Origin: an uncultured Nitrososphaerales archaeon
GTDB taxonomy: Archaea; Thermoproteota; Nitrososphaeria; Nitrososphaerales; Nitrososphaeraceae
Reading direction: 5' to 3'
Length of the DNA stretch: 64,000 bases
Assembly: GCA_963713605.1 (NCBI GenBank)
Contig: CAVQMO010000001.1
Coordinates: forward strand, 608,001-672,000
Part shown: positions 34,232 through 45,689 of the stretch, piece after piece
How positions within the stretch are numbered: the stretch's first letter is position 1
How the letters are laid out: each line of letters opens with the position of its first letter
Notes under the pieces: model-generated
Databases searched by the model: none
Seen by the model: only the letters and a program-made list of their open reading frames with translations
What the model was told of the DNA's origin: nothing
Made by a program: the position numbers and the translations under genes

Positions 34232-35258
34232 GTGGCAAGTAACAACAAGCTAAATAGCTCTGGCAAGACATCTGACAGTTCAAATGAAAAGCTTGAGACT
34301 GGAATCCAAAATTCTAGCTCAGAAGATACTAGTTTACTAGATTTTTATATTCCATCGGATACTCCACCTGAGGTTCTTGCATATGGTTCAGAGCTACAGC
34401 AGCTAGGAGTAGGAAGAGCAGGAAAGCTAGGTGCGTTAACCTTAAAATTAGAATATGACGATGATCGAAGAAAAACTATAGTCAGGGATATATACACTAA
34501 GGTTCCGTTATATGCACAACGCGCCCTTTATCTGGAGGAATCTCTACCTTCAATGGCTTACATGTACATTATGTCTCCATCCGGGGGGATACTGCAGGGC
34601 GATAGATATAGGATGGACATATCTTTGTCCAAGGGTGCTAAAGCACATATCACTACCCAAGGTGCGACTAGGGTTTATCGAATGGAGCGGAACTATGCCA
34701 CTCAGATCATTAACATTGATCTGGGACCAGACTCCTATTTTGAATTTATCCCAGATCAAATCATTCCATACAGAAATTCAAGATTTTATCAAACTCTCAA
34801 AATGCGAGTGCATGATAGTGCTACGATGATTTACTCAGAGATGATTGTGCCGGGAAGGGTGGCTAGTGGTGAGTCTTTTGAATACGATATATGCTACATG
34901 AAGGCAGTTGGTTCGAACCAAGCTGATCAATTGAGATTTACCGACATTGCAATCCTAGAACCAAGGGAAAGGAACATTAGCCAATTGGGCCTGCTAAATA
35001 ATCGTTCCGTAATAGGGAGCGTATACCTGCTCTGCCCCACCTCCGTGGTAAAATCAATCAAAGAGGAAATAAATTCAACTTTGACAAACAATAGCGAAGT
35101 GTTGGCTGGCGCCTCGATCATGCCTTACAATTCGGGGATAATTGTGAGATTGTTAGGAGACGGAGCGAGTGCCTTAAGAGCGAGCGATTTTTGAAGTAGT
35201 TCGAATTACCAGGAAGACCATACTTAATGCGGAATTCAGCGGAATTAGAAAGGGATAA
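34232..35258 (+). CDS. ureD: Urease accessory protein UreD, frameshift near 35180
   Basis: SPSGGILQGD, TTQGATRVY, PDQIIPY, PGRVASGE; C-terminus ..ILNAEFSGIRKG* in another frame. Confidence 0.92.
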
Positions 35259-35321
35259 TATGAAATCTACGATGCACCAAATTTGCAGGTCTTGTTACTC
35301 TCTCCATTTTCTGAACCAAAC

Positions 35322-35595
35322 CAAATTATCAGCTAAAGGAATGATGGGTGTTCAATGCTTGGCTCGTAGACGATAGTTGTGAAGGTTCAGGCTATCCACT
35401 TGTAATGGGAAAGGTTTAGGATACAGAAGATAGAAACCATAAGATACACACGAACACGAACATGGACAGATATTGTTGTGACCCAACAACCGTCTGATCC
35501 ACTCAGTTCGTTACCCTCATGGTCAAATTATGTTGCACAAACTTGGTTAGCATCGCCGTTTGGACAATAGTTTAGACTGACGGTAGAAATCATCG
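35322..35595 (+). pseudogene. Degraded copy of the 3' half of the gene at 43444-43893
   Basis: Near-identical DNA to 43640-43915, with stops and indels. Confidence 0.85.
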
Positions 35596-36455
35596 AGTGC
35601 GCAGAATGAATTATTTAATTCATGTTACTTCTCTAGATTGCACATATTGGATTTTCATTGGTGTACGCGACTTCCTTTTCAGATAACTGAAAGGCTGGAG
35701 TAGAGCGACACTTTATTTAATCCTTTTTTGTTCGGCACGTTCTGACTCGGAACGAACATCTATTGCGATTTCCAAGTTATGAATAATTCAGCTCGATGAG
35801 CTTCTTGCGTTCACTGACATCAGAGTTTGTTTGCATTATCAGCAAAAAGAGCCTACTGTCGGTGCATTTTCATAGTTAGCTTTTAATCAAACAGAGTTTG
35901 CTACCGGATACCCTCGTACCTATCTGTACGAAAGAAAAAGTTTCAGTGACATTGTAGCCTTTCAGATTCGTGATAGACGTTAGTATTTCGCATTAACCTT
36001 TAAATCAGCTCTTGCAGGACAGGAACGTAAGTATTATCACACAGAAATCTCGTAACTTTATATTTTAGCTTTCGTAAGAAATAACAAACAATGTTATTTT
36101 GATATCGTATATGAGGATCTACCCCTGCTTTCGATAGTTACAATAGGCAACAATTGTGAAGTTCTATACCTCTTGCTGTTGCTAAAGCATGTAGTCAAAC
36201 AATTTTTGGAAATTTGGAAATTTGAGCAGATTATAAAACATCATTTGCTTAAAAATTATAATTTCTCCTATACCGAGAATAGACATTTCATTCTATCAAA
36301 TGTATCAGATGCCTTACCAGCTATGCAAAGGTTTTGGATGCTTCCTAAAAACCTACGCGCTGACATGACTTGTCATGATTTGAAATCGACGGTATGCATT
36401 GATAGTGGTGGGCCAAGTTCAGGAATCAGCGAGCCTGACATTTATTTATCTAGAA

Positions 36456-36833
36456 TCAAATGAATGCATGACCTATATATGATCCTTTAACATTCAAAAC
36501 AAAATCATGATCAGATAATGTCTTGAGAGCATCCAGTGATAATTTATGTTCAATTCTGTAAGATGTGCCATGATTATCTACATCCGGTACTTCCCCAATT
36601 TTGCTCCATACTAGATCTTTTACTGCTTGTGTATCCAATCCCTCTTTCGTAGTGACTCCAATAGAATACTTAGCGCCAGGGTCTTCCTGTTGGCGATTTA
36701 GAAAGTCTTCAATCAGCTTGAGATCTATTTTAGGAAGAATATTCTTGCAGCTTCTCTGAAATTCCTCATACTTTGTCTGTATATCCAGTGTTGGATCTTG
36801 CGTCTGGCTTACCATATACTGTTTTGGTATCAC
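36456..36833 (-). CDS. Hypothetical protein
   Basis: 125-aa ORF with globular composition. Confidence 0.6.
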   Translation of the reverse strand: MIPKQYMVSQTQDPTLDIQTKYEEFQRSCKNILPKIDLKLIEDFLNRQQEDPGAKYSIGVTTKEGLDTQAVKDLVWSKIGEVPDVDNHGTSYRIEHKLSLDALKTLSDHDFVLNVKGSYIGHAFI

Positions 36834-37083
36834 AACGACTATTTAAAAATGCTGTAAGGTGTAGTGTACTGTTAAAAATGCTGTACCATGACTAAGAATA
36901 AGAAAATAAGATCCTGTCCGAAAAAAATGCCGAAATCACTTACTGATTGTCTCCCACGGATTGCGATATGAAACATTGAATGTTGACTTCAAGCGAATGC
37001 AGGTCGAGGGTTAACTCTAAACGGATCACGGATATCACCGCTATCGTTAAATATTTAATAACTAGCCATTTTCTATACTAAGT

Positions 37084-37329
37084 ATGAAGATTATACAAAA
37101 CAATAGAGGCATGAGTACGAAAACAATTCAGGTTGTATTATTGACTTTTGTCATTGCCATTTCCTTTACACAAGCTGCAAATGTATATTCACAATCAGAT
37201 AATACTAGCTCATCAAGTGACATAAACATGTTTGATGAGCCTGCACAGATGCCCGCAAACGCAAGCAACGCTACCGCACCGGATAACATTACTGTCTTTG
37301 ACGAACCTGCCCCCACGCTAACGCCATAG
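37084..37329 (+). CDS. Small secreted protein with repeated FDEPA motif
   Basis: Signal peptide; NMFDEPA and TVFDEPA. Confidence 0.55.
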   Translation: MKIIQNNRGMSTKTIQVVLLTFVIAISFTQAANVYSQSDNTSSSSDINMFDEPAQMPANASNATAPDNITVFDEPAPTLTP

Positions 37330-37780
37330 TTAGATTCAGCTCTGCGAAACGACAGGATTGCCTTGATTCATGTGGCTGCATGATAGCGCTTAGATGGATT
37401 AGGCAAGATCATCTGTGCTTAGGAATCTATGTTTGTATCATTATTTTGATTACGATACTTAGTAGCGGTTACTAGTGGGTATTTGTACAATACTCGGCCC
37501 ATTTCTAGGACTGGAGTGTCTCGTGAACTATTGATATATCCGCTATTAGTGACACATCATTATCTTGGAAGCTGAAATTTCAACAATTGATTTGTGTAAA
37601 TACGAACTAGATATCAGAGAAACTAAGCGTTACCGAGAAACTAATTGTATCTCCTGCACTCTCCTTGTTATGGCATTCTACCCTCCACTTTAGCATTCAT
37701 ATGCAATAAATCTCCTGCTCAATTCTTGAACTTTTCACTCAGAAGACGGTCGGAAAAAGCATACAGGGCATTTCCCGGCA

Positions 37781-37855
37781 ATGAGTAGCGGGGTTACATA
37801 TGTAAATGTGCTTACGCAGGAAAATCCTGATGGAGAGATTCGCGGACAGAACTAA
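37781..37855 (+). pseudogene. CHRD domain C-terminal remnant
   Basis: MSSGVTYVNVLTQENPDGEIRGQN*; YVNV.T...P.GEIRGQ is the CHRD signature. Confidence 0.65.
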
Positions 37856-37997
37856 CGTTCAAAGTATCAGGGGCCGATTGTGATGATATTCCATCAGTCA
37901 TTGATCTGGTGGTTTCCTTTAACCTGCTGCTGAACTATCAGACCACCGTAAACGTGATGGTCACGTTATGACCTTTATCTTGCCTGATAAAGTATGA

Positions 37998-38137
37998 AGC
38001 TATTTTTATGACTTCTGCAGTCTGAGCATCTACTTCTTTGTCTTTCATATCTTCCCCTGCTTGTCCGGACGATTCTGCTCGCTCCAGTTGGTGCTGTATC
38101 TCCTTCGTCTAATGTCTTGGCAGTGTCATTGATCATT
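37998..38137 (-). pseudogene. Degraded fragment paralogous to gene 41627-42112
   Basis: DNA similarity to 41663-41795 (e.g. tctaatgtcttRgcagt...ttgatcatt). Confidence 0.65.
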
Positions 38138-38168
38138 TCTGTTCATTGAGATATTTAGATATTTTACC

Positions 38169-38252
38169 TTGAGAGCCGCTATATTTGATGTTGTTCAAAT
38201 TGGTAGAAAGGCCATACTTAACGCTGAATTCAGCGGAATCAGAAAGGGGTGA
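38169..38252 (+). pseudogene. ureD: Remnant 3' end of a second ureD
   Basis: LRAAIFDVVQIGRKAILNAEFSGIRKG* versus ureD ..IFEVVRITRKTILNAEFSGIRKG*. Confidence 0.8.
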
Positions 38253-38374
38253 ATGAATCTTCTACTTTTTTCCTCTCGCGCTGTCGTTACAATATTATTT
38301 TATTATTATTGACTTTTCGTTCATTGGTGGTCTTTATAAGCGGGTTAACATCTGATACTTCCGATAGTACGTTT

Positions 38375-38739
38375 CTTCAAGCCTTTTGAGTTAATTCCAT
38401 CAGCGTCAGGATTGATACCTAATGGTGAAACGTACTCTCAGCGCCAGGATTGATACCTAATGGTGAAACGTACTCTCAGCGTAGAATCTTATCACGATCA
38501 ATGACGAACAATGCTCATTCAGTAACACCATCTTGTTTGCGATATACACCATAAGTGCATGCTAAGTTGCCTTTGGGCTCGAAATCGGAATGTAATGGAA
38601 AATGAAGTTTTCTATTTTTAGAAAAGGCAGTATAACACCAAACCCGGTGACTCATACTCCAAGACTCAGCGTTAAACTCGGAATTCAGGAAGAATCTCGG
38701 TACTACAGGGCAATCTGATCGCTGCAAGCATGCAACCAA
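38375..38739 (-). pseudogene. Peroxiredoxin (AhpC/TSA family) remnant
   Basis: VWCYTAFSKNRKLHFPLHSDFEPKG..YGVYR..G.TE*ALFVID..YVSPLGINPGA. Confidence 0.7.
38401..38482. repeat. 38-bp tandem duplication (2 copies)
   Basis: cagcgYcaggattgatacctaatggtgaaacgtactct x2. Confidence 0.9.
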
Positions 38740-38888
38740 TCTGCAGGATAGAAAGCAAGGAGAGTGGGGCGACAGCGGAACTCGCGGAGAGTAATAGACT
38801 GTTCGGGGGTATTATGGAGGTCAAAATCAGGATGCAGGGTTACCGGCATTCATATCTTCCTGTGTTGTCATCGCACTAGGGCTCTTGT

Positions 38889-39755
38889 TTATATCATCTC
38901 CAGAGGCCCATCGTGGTCTGGCACGGGAAAGACGCGATCAATAGCCGCTACTTCCTCTTCGGTCAGTTCCCAGCCCACTCCGCCACTATTTTCTTTGGCA
39001 CGCTCTGGTCGGCTGGTCTTTGGAATAGTTAAGATGTTGGGTTTACGGGTCAGAAAGTTTAAGGTGACCTGACGTGGAGTGCGACCATGCCGCTTACCGA
39101 TCTCTACCAGTAACGCCCCGCCAGGGCTGTGTGGAGAAGGAAAATTACCGTGTCCGAATGGAGCATACCCGACAATTGCTATTTTCCGTTCAGTGCAATA
39201 TGGAAGCAAGCGACGTTCTATTCCACGATAACCAAGATGATAAAGCACCTGATCACACACCATTCTTTCATGGCGAAGTTCTCGCTCAGCAGCCTTTAAA
39301 TCTTCTACATCGAAATTGCTGACCCCGATGAACCTCACCATGCCCTCAGACACTGGCTTCTCCATTGCCCGCATCGTATCTCTTATAGGGTAACTACCTG
39401 GCCAGTGCAACATGTAGAGATCAAGCCAGTCTGTATTTAACCTCTTAAGGCTCCGTTCGCATGCCCTTAGTGTACCATCGTAGGAGGCGTTTGTAGGTAG
39501 AACCTTGCTAGCCAAGAAGACCTCATCGCGTCGTCCGTCGATAGCCTCAGCCACCATTTCCTCTACTCTTCCGTTGCCGTACATTTCTGCTGTATCGATA
39601 TGGGTAAGCCCCAAGTCAAGTCCTAGCCGCAGTCCTTCAATTGCAAGTCGCTCTGATTTGGTGCTCCCTTCAATCATCCATGTGCCTTGCCCAATCAAAG
39701 GTACTTTATCATTAGTCCAACCGAAACTACGCTTAAGCACATTCGTTCGCCTCAT
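38889..39755 (-). CDS. Aldo/keto reductase
   Basis: GQGTW, IDTAEMYG, SKV, DLYMLHWP, IGVSNF, IPKT. Confidence 0.93.
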   Translation of the reverse strand: MRRTNVLKRSFGWTNDKVPLIGQGTWMIEGSTKSERLAIEGLRLGLDLGLTHIDTAEMYGNGRVEEMVAEAIDGRRDEVFLASKVLPTNASYDGTLRACERSLKRLNTDWLDLYMLHWPGSYPIRDTMRAMEKPVSEGMVRFIGVSNFDVEDLKAAERELRHERMVCDQVLYHLGYRGIERRLLPYCTERKIAIVGYAPFGHGNFPSPHSPGGALLVEIGKRHGRTPRQVTLNFLTRKPNILTIPKTSRPERAKENSGGVGWELTEEEVAAIDRVFPVPDHDGPLEMI

Positions 39756-39900
39756 AGCCGTGACTTAGGTTCTTGAATTTTATATGATGTTCGTTATTTC
39801 CCTCCACCTTCATACGTCGAAGTCGCTCTGCGAGGTTAGAATAACTCATTACCGATACTGATCACAATTATTATTTAAGTAAATTGAGGATTAGCTCATT

Positions 39901-40194
39901 ATGAAATTTGCTAAACATATAGTTGTAGGCTCAATAAATTGAGATACGCTAATTTTCGCTCCCAAATTGCCAGAGGCGGGAGAGGAGGTTCAGATAAAAA
40001 AGATGTTAGAGGTACTTGAAGGAAAGGGTGCCAATGTTGCAATAGCTTCTTCCAGACTACTCGAAAAGAGGGATGTTGCCATTACCGGAGCATTGGGGAA
40101 GGATGATATTAGAGAAAAACAGGTTAGCATTCTTGAAAGTGAAGGTGTCGTCAAACTATATCTTTTATATTATCTTCATTTAGTAATGGATTAG
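39901..40194 (+). pseudogene. PfkB/ribokinase N-terminal remnant
   Basis: VVGSIN*DT..PKLPEAGEE..GKGANVAIA..GALGKDD; internal TGA and truncation. Confidence 0.75.
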
Positions 40195-40534
40195 ATAGAT
40201 CAATAGAAGTAGCATTATCGTGCCATTAGTTTAGTATTAGACTAGGATAGCAAATTCAGGATCGAACGGTAATATAACATTGGATGGTATTCGTTCTTCT
40301 ATTAAGTGACTTTCTTAACACATAAATTCTAATAGTGTATAATACCAATTAAGAATTATATCCTAACAACTATATATAAGAAAATGATTATAACAACGGT
40401 CGGAATAAACAACTCTGCGGATCTTCAGTTTGATGCCAACACCTTTACAATATCGAATCTGGATGCTAATGAACTAATATCTCGTCTGAACACAAATTTG
40501 ATTACATATTTCGATCAAGAAGATTTCAGAATAT

Positions 40535-41419
40535 CTATAAGAATGACATAACACAAGAGTCTTCATAAGAAATGGAGATTAAACATTTAGAAAGTATAAG
40601 CGTCACACATAGCGAAGTTATAACCTTGTACCCATATTTTCTCATCATCGTTTTAACCTCTTCATCAGTCAGTTGGGAAAACTCCGCATAGAACTGCCCT
40701 ATAGACTGAAAAGACTGTGGAAAGTAAAGAACAATTACCTTATTGCAGATTCTCTCCAGGATTTCAACAACAGAATGGTTATTGTTTTCACTAGGAGAAT
40801 CAGATGAAGGTAAGTAGAAGGATCTAGGGGGAGGGTGAGGTGCAACGGGTACAGCTGTGATTATCTCCTTGCACTGTTGTTGTTTTTTTAGCCAATTTGC
40901 TGCCGATAATATCGTTGCTCCTGTTGCAATACCATCGTCTACCAATATTACTATCTTGTCTTTTAGCTTATAATCATATTCAGCGCTACCTCGATACTCT
41001 AGTAATCTACGGTATATTTCTTTTCTCTGAATCTCAATTTGTCGCCTTATATAATCCTCTCCTACTTCCAAGGTCATAATAATGCGTTCATTTGCATAAA
41101 AACTACCATCAGGCATAACCGCACCAATAGCTAATTCCGGATTGTCTGGGGCTCCTATTTTTCTCGAAACAATGATGTCAAGATCAGCGTGCAGCCTATC
41201 AGCTATGACATCACCAATTATCACGCCCCCTCTTGGAATTGCTAACACTACAATAGACTCATTGGATATTTGTTCACCTGTTCTTGCTTGTTCTTGTGCG
41301 AGCCATTGTTCAATTTCTGTAGCAAGTTGCTCACCCGCTTCTTTTCTGTTATGAAATAGAGGTGATGTCGGAAATGGATTAAAAGGTAGATGAGAAGACA
41401 TAGGATTTACTATTACCAT
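40535..41419 (-). CDS. Phosphoribosyltransferase family protein
   Basis: FHNRKEAG, AIPRGG, RKIGAPDNPELAIGA, VDDGIATG. Confidence 0.88.
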   Translation of the reverse strand: MVIVNPMSSHLPFNPFPTSPLFHNRKEAGEQLATEIEQWLAQEQARTGEQISNESIVVLAIPRGGVIIGDVIADRLHADLDIIVSRKIGAPDNPELAIGAVMPDGSFYANERIIMTLEVGEDYIRRQIEIQRKEIYRRLLEYRGSAEYDYKLKDKIVILVDDGIATGATILSAANWLKKQQQCKEIITAVPVAPHPPPRSFYLPSSDSPSENNNHSVVEILERICNKVIVLYFPQSFQSIGQFYAEFSQLTDEEVKTMMRKYGYKVITSLCVTLILSKCLISISYEDSCVMSFL

Positions 41420-41626
41420 TTTAATAGTTGCTCAGACAAATATTTATTGATTATAAAATTTATTATCGTATGCACTAAGTCATCTTCGATTTGATATTAA
41501 TTTGCTTTGAAAGATTAATCGCAGCTACAAGTAAATTGAGCATTGCTTACAACTGAAAAGGGGACTACCCTAGAGGAATAACAAAAAAAGTTTTCCTGAT
41601 TAATATTTAGTTATACATATACCATT

Positions 41627-42112
41627 TTATCTATTGTCTTTTTTAGTTTTTACACGCTCTCTAGCTTTCTTTATTACTTCAGCCGTCTGAGGAGCTGCTT
41701 CTTTCAAATCTTCTACCGTTTGTCTAAATGATTCTGCTGCTTCATTTGCTGCTGCAACTGTTTCATCTAATGTCTTAGCAGTATCCTTGATCATTCCCCT
41801 TTCCTTGAGATCTCTAGATATTTTACTAATTTCTATTGTGGTATCTCTCATTGTAATAGTCGCTTCGTGAACAGCTGCAATCAACTCATCAATCGCTCCG
41901 CTCTCACGTAGAGCACGTACAGTATCTCTAATTTTTGCCGATATATCCCTTATCGTACTTGCAACGTTCTTTACTGAATCTATTTTTTGTTGGATATTCG
42001 GATCCACGGTTGACGCTGTTGTTGTAGTTGTGGTTGTTGTCGTATCATTGCTAATCTTATCAGGTGCTTCGCCCTCCTCTACAGGTTCTCTAGGGTAAGT
42101 CATTTCTATCAC
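41627..42112 (-). CDS. Hypothetical helical protein with poly-Thr tract
   Basis: 161-aa ORF with amphipathic helical repeats. Confidence 0.65.
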   Translation of the reverse strand: MIEMTYPREPVEEGEAPDKISNDTTTTTTTTTASTVDPNIQQKIDSVKNVASTIRDISAKIRDTVRALRESGAIDELIAAVHEATITMRDTTIEISKISRDLKERGMIKDTAKTLDETVAAANEAAESFRQTVEDLKEAAPQTAEVIKKARERVKTKKDNR

Positions 42113-42643
42113 TATTACGGCTATTACATTTATAAGGCATACGTTTACCTGTTGAATTTTGAAATATTCTTCATTTGAACCTAAGAAAGAACAAATGACA
42201 ACTAATAGCTCTCACGTTAAAGGCCAGCTCATTGAATGAGTGAGCGATAATAAAATGAGGCAAGAGAAAAATGGCTGCTAAGAAATTGCGTCGCATATTT
42301 CTACTTTATTCCTTGCTAAAGAAATCATAACATGAACACTTTTGCAGGTGTAAAGATTAGATCTAAAATTGGATACGGTGAAACAAGAGATTTGCAATGA
42401 AGTGGACAATTCTAATGCGTAGAACAGCAGGTACTATAGGTCAAATGGTACAACGATATTTGTTGTGCTTTATGATCGTCTGCCCGTCATTAAAATATTT
42501 CAACATGAACCTGCATGCAATTCAAAGAATCATTGTGACGGGTTTGTCTAATTGTCGCGGAATAGAATTTTTTATAATGGACCAAGTAACACATTTATAA
42601 TGCCCATACGAAGTCTCTTCAGTGAAATTATTCGTGAAAGGAA

Positions 42644-43051
42644 ATGAAAAATTGACATTCGCAATAGCGATGGGTGTATTTTCTATTCTTGCGCTATCGA
42701 TCACACTTTCTCCGACCTTCAATTTGTTGGTGAAAGCTCAGGGTCAGAATGAATCAGGAATGTCTCAAGGAGTTCAGCAACAGACTTGTTGAACTTGCAA
42801 CAAAGGTTAAAGTTTTGGCCTCCAAAGCCGGTTTGAATCTGACTATCCCTCAAGGTGGTAATCTAACAGAAAAGATTCAAGCGCTCTCTGACTCGCCTGA
42901 ATTTAGCAACGTGTCGCAGCAAATATCTCAGCAATTATCACAACTTGGTATAAACGGATCAAATATCCAAAGCTTGAAGCAAGTGGCAGGCTCTGACTTT
43001 GGAGACCTTGTTCAGAAACTTCAAAACCTGACAAGTAGCCGCGGCGCCTAA
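42644..43051 (+). CDS. Secreted hypothetical protein (5' frameshifts)
   Basis: Signal-peptide-like TFAIAMGVFSILALS..VKAQ upstream of the 100-aa ORF. Confidence 0.5.
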
Positions 43052-43443
43052 TAGACTGTAATAGGCAGCGCGTTGCCTTGCCTATTTTTGTTACCCTGAG
43101 GATTAATAGTCCTCGCCTGAATATCTTGTAGCGGTAATCATTTTTCTGGTGTTAGTTAACAAGGATACTCCTTTATGACTGTAAATCCATAGAACCGCAA
43201 ACATTCTCATTTGGTATTCTGCATCTTATACTCGTAGCTATTTTGAAAGCAAGATAGTTATACAAAATAATTATAATTCATTTCCACTCAGGTTGACTTT
43301 ACGCCGAGGATTTGCAGAAGTTTCTAAGCAGGCTCAGTGGTTCAATGGAATCGGAGAATAGACAGAATCTTAAAAATTTAAGAGTTAAAGATTTTAGTCA
43401 CTTGGCAAATACTATATATATAGCCTAAAAGTCTAAACAAAAT

Positions 43444-43893
43444 ATGCAAAAGGGTATCATTGCTATTACTCTAATAGCTGCTTTGGGCTTAGCACTAGCA
43501 CCGTCAGCATTAGCAAATGTTCAAGCGCAGGCGGAAAAAACCAAATGTCAGACCGGCGCTCTCATCGGATATGGAGGCACGGTATTTGGAGTTGCAAATG
43601 TTTGTACAAATGGTTATACAGTAAATGTTGATCTTGCAACAAATTATCAGCCAAAGGAAGGATGGGTGTTCAATGCTTGGCTCGTTGACGATAGTTATGA
43701 AGGTTCAGGCTATCCACTTGTAATGGGAAAAGTTTTGGATACAGGAACGTTGTCTTTTAATGAGATACAAACCAATGCACGAACATGGACAGATATTGTT
43801 GTGACCCAACAACCAGCTGATTCACTCAGTCCGTTACCCTCATGGTCAAATTCTGTTGCACAAACCTGGTTAGTACCACCGTTTGGACAATAG
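43444..43893 (+). CDS. Secreted protein with AWLVD motif (RskA C-terminal-like beta domain)
   Basis: Signal peptide; WVFNAWLVD..MGKV..IVVTQQP. Confidence 0.65.
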   Translation: MQKGIIAITLIAALGLALAPSALANVQAQAEKTKCQTGALIGYGGTVFGVANVCTNGYTVNVDLATNYQPKEGWVFNAWLVDDSYEGSGYPLVMGKVLDTGTLSFNEIQTNARTWTDIVVTQQPADSLSPLPSWSNSVAQTWLVPPFGQ

Positions 43894-44119
43894 TCTGGAC
43901 TGACGTTAAAGATCGTCTAACATACGGATGGAAAAATACTCCATCCAAGATTTTTTGAACTTCATCCTTATCAAACACTATTTTTAAGTGCCTATTGCCC
44001 AAACTGGAAAATGAGATTGCAATATTTTTCATGGTCTATTGTACTATTACAGAGGAGGAATAACAGAATGCTAATTTCTTCCATTACAGGACTTGAGACT
44101 AAAGTTCACTTCTAGCATA

Positions 44120-44440
44120 CTAGTTATCAGCGGGAGTGATATTCACTAAATTCTCGAGATCCAATACGGCTATCACGCCATCACCAGCTTCTCCAGTCCT
44201 GGCATTTTCCTTAATTGTCTTGATAACAAGTTCCAATTTATCGTCTGGTATGAATAATTCAAACTTGGCTAGAGGTATAAGATCATATGATACGGGTAGG
44301 CCTCTGTACCTCAAGTGGAATTTACTCTCCTTGCTCCATGCATCCGCATGAAGAATAATACCACCTACATTTAATTCCTTAAGCCGTTCCCTTACTTTGT
44401 GTAGCCGTTCAACACGTACGATTGCTTCGACCTTTTTCAC
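44120..44440 (-). CDS. glnB: P-II nitrogen regulatory protein
   Basis: MKKVEAIVR, ARTGEAGDG; directly downstream of amt. Confidence 0.88.
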   Translation of the reverse strand: MKKVEAIVRVERLHKVRERLKELNVGGIILHADAWSKESKFHLRYRGLPVSYDLIPLAKFELFIPDDKLELVIKTIKENARTGEAGDGVIAVLDLENLVNITPADN

Positions 44441-44446
44441 TTCTTT

Positions 44447-45689
44447 TCATACTCCCCAATCATCGCCATACGCCGTTTCTCCCTGTTCCGTGATGTCAAG
44501 ACCAACTTCTTCTTCTACCTCTTTTACCCTTAGTCCCATAATCGCATTAATTACCTTCATAATGATTAGGGTCCCTCCAAATCCAAGCACTGCTGCTACG
44601 GCGACACCCAAGGCCTGGATCCCTAGTTGAACTGCGTTTCCATAAAGAAGACCGTTTGGACCGGAGGGATTAATTACATTACTTGCAACCAGACCTATGG
44701 CTAAAGATCCTATGATCCCCGTAATCCCATGAACGGAGCCTACATCCAGTGCATCATCCAACTTAAGGCGCTGCTTGAGAAGCAAGACCATATAGTAAGA
44801 CGCCAAACCCAGCACGATGCCAAGGAAGAATGCAGCCTGTGCGCTGATAAATCCTGAAGCTGGAGTAACTCCAGCCAATCCTGCTATAGCGCCGGTAATA
44901 GCCGCTGTGATATTTGGTTTCTCGGTTTTGCTTCTCCACGATAGTACAGATCCAGACCATAGCAGACGTGGCAGATGCAACCTGTGATACCAATAAAGTG
45001 TTGCCAGCCAGTGACCCTGCAGAGAGGGCACTGCCTGCATTAAACCCAAACCATCCGAACCATAACATGGCCGCGCCTATTACTGCCAGTGGAATATTGT
45101 GGGATACCATTATTGACCGTCCGAAATTTTTCCTTCTCCCTAACACGAGTGCGGCCGCGATGGCACCCATACCTGCACTTGTATGAATGACAATCCCCCC
45201 CGCAAAATCTACAACGCCGAGATCAGCAAGCCATCCTTTCCCCCAAACCCAATGAGCTAATGGGTAGTAGATGAAAATACTCCATGCTATAATAAATACA
45301 AAAAAGGCATTCCATGTCAACCTCTCAGCAAATGCACCGGTGATAAGCAGGGGAGTTATTACTGCAAACATCATCTGGTATGCCGCAAAGGAGACCCCAG
45401 GAATGCTCGGGGCATAATCAAGTGGCTCGTCAAAGGGTACGCCATTGAAGAATATCCATTCAAATCCACCAATAAATCCGCCATGGGAAGGAGCATAAAC
45501 TAAAGTAAATCCAATGACGAACCAGAGCACTGTAAGAATGGCCAGACCAGAAAAAGTCTGCATAAGAATTGAAAGCGAATTCTTGCTTCTAATCAATCCA
45601 GCCTCGAAAAAGCCTAGCGCGGGTATCATTAGCATAACTAGGGCAGTAGAAATAAGGACCCAAGAAGTGTCACCGGCGTCTATGGCCAA
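44447..45689 (-). CDS. amt: Ammonium transporter, frameshift near 44945
   Basis: DFAGGIVIH, WFGWFGFNAGS, GAIAGLAGVTP, DDALDV..VHG (twin His present). Confidence 0.92.

Noticed and set aside
38401..38482. Possible CRISPR repeat
   Set aside because: Head-to-tail duplication with no spacer, inside a pseudogene
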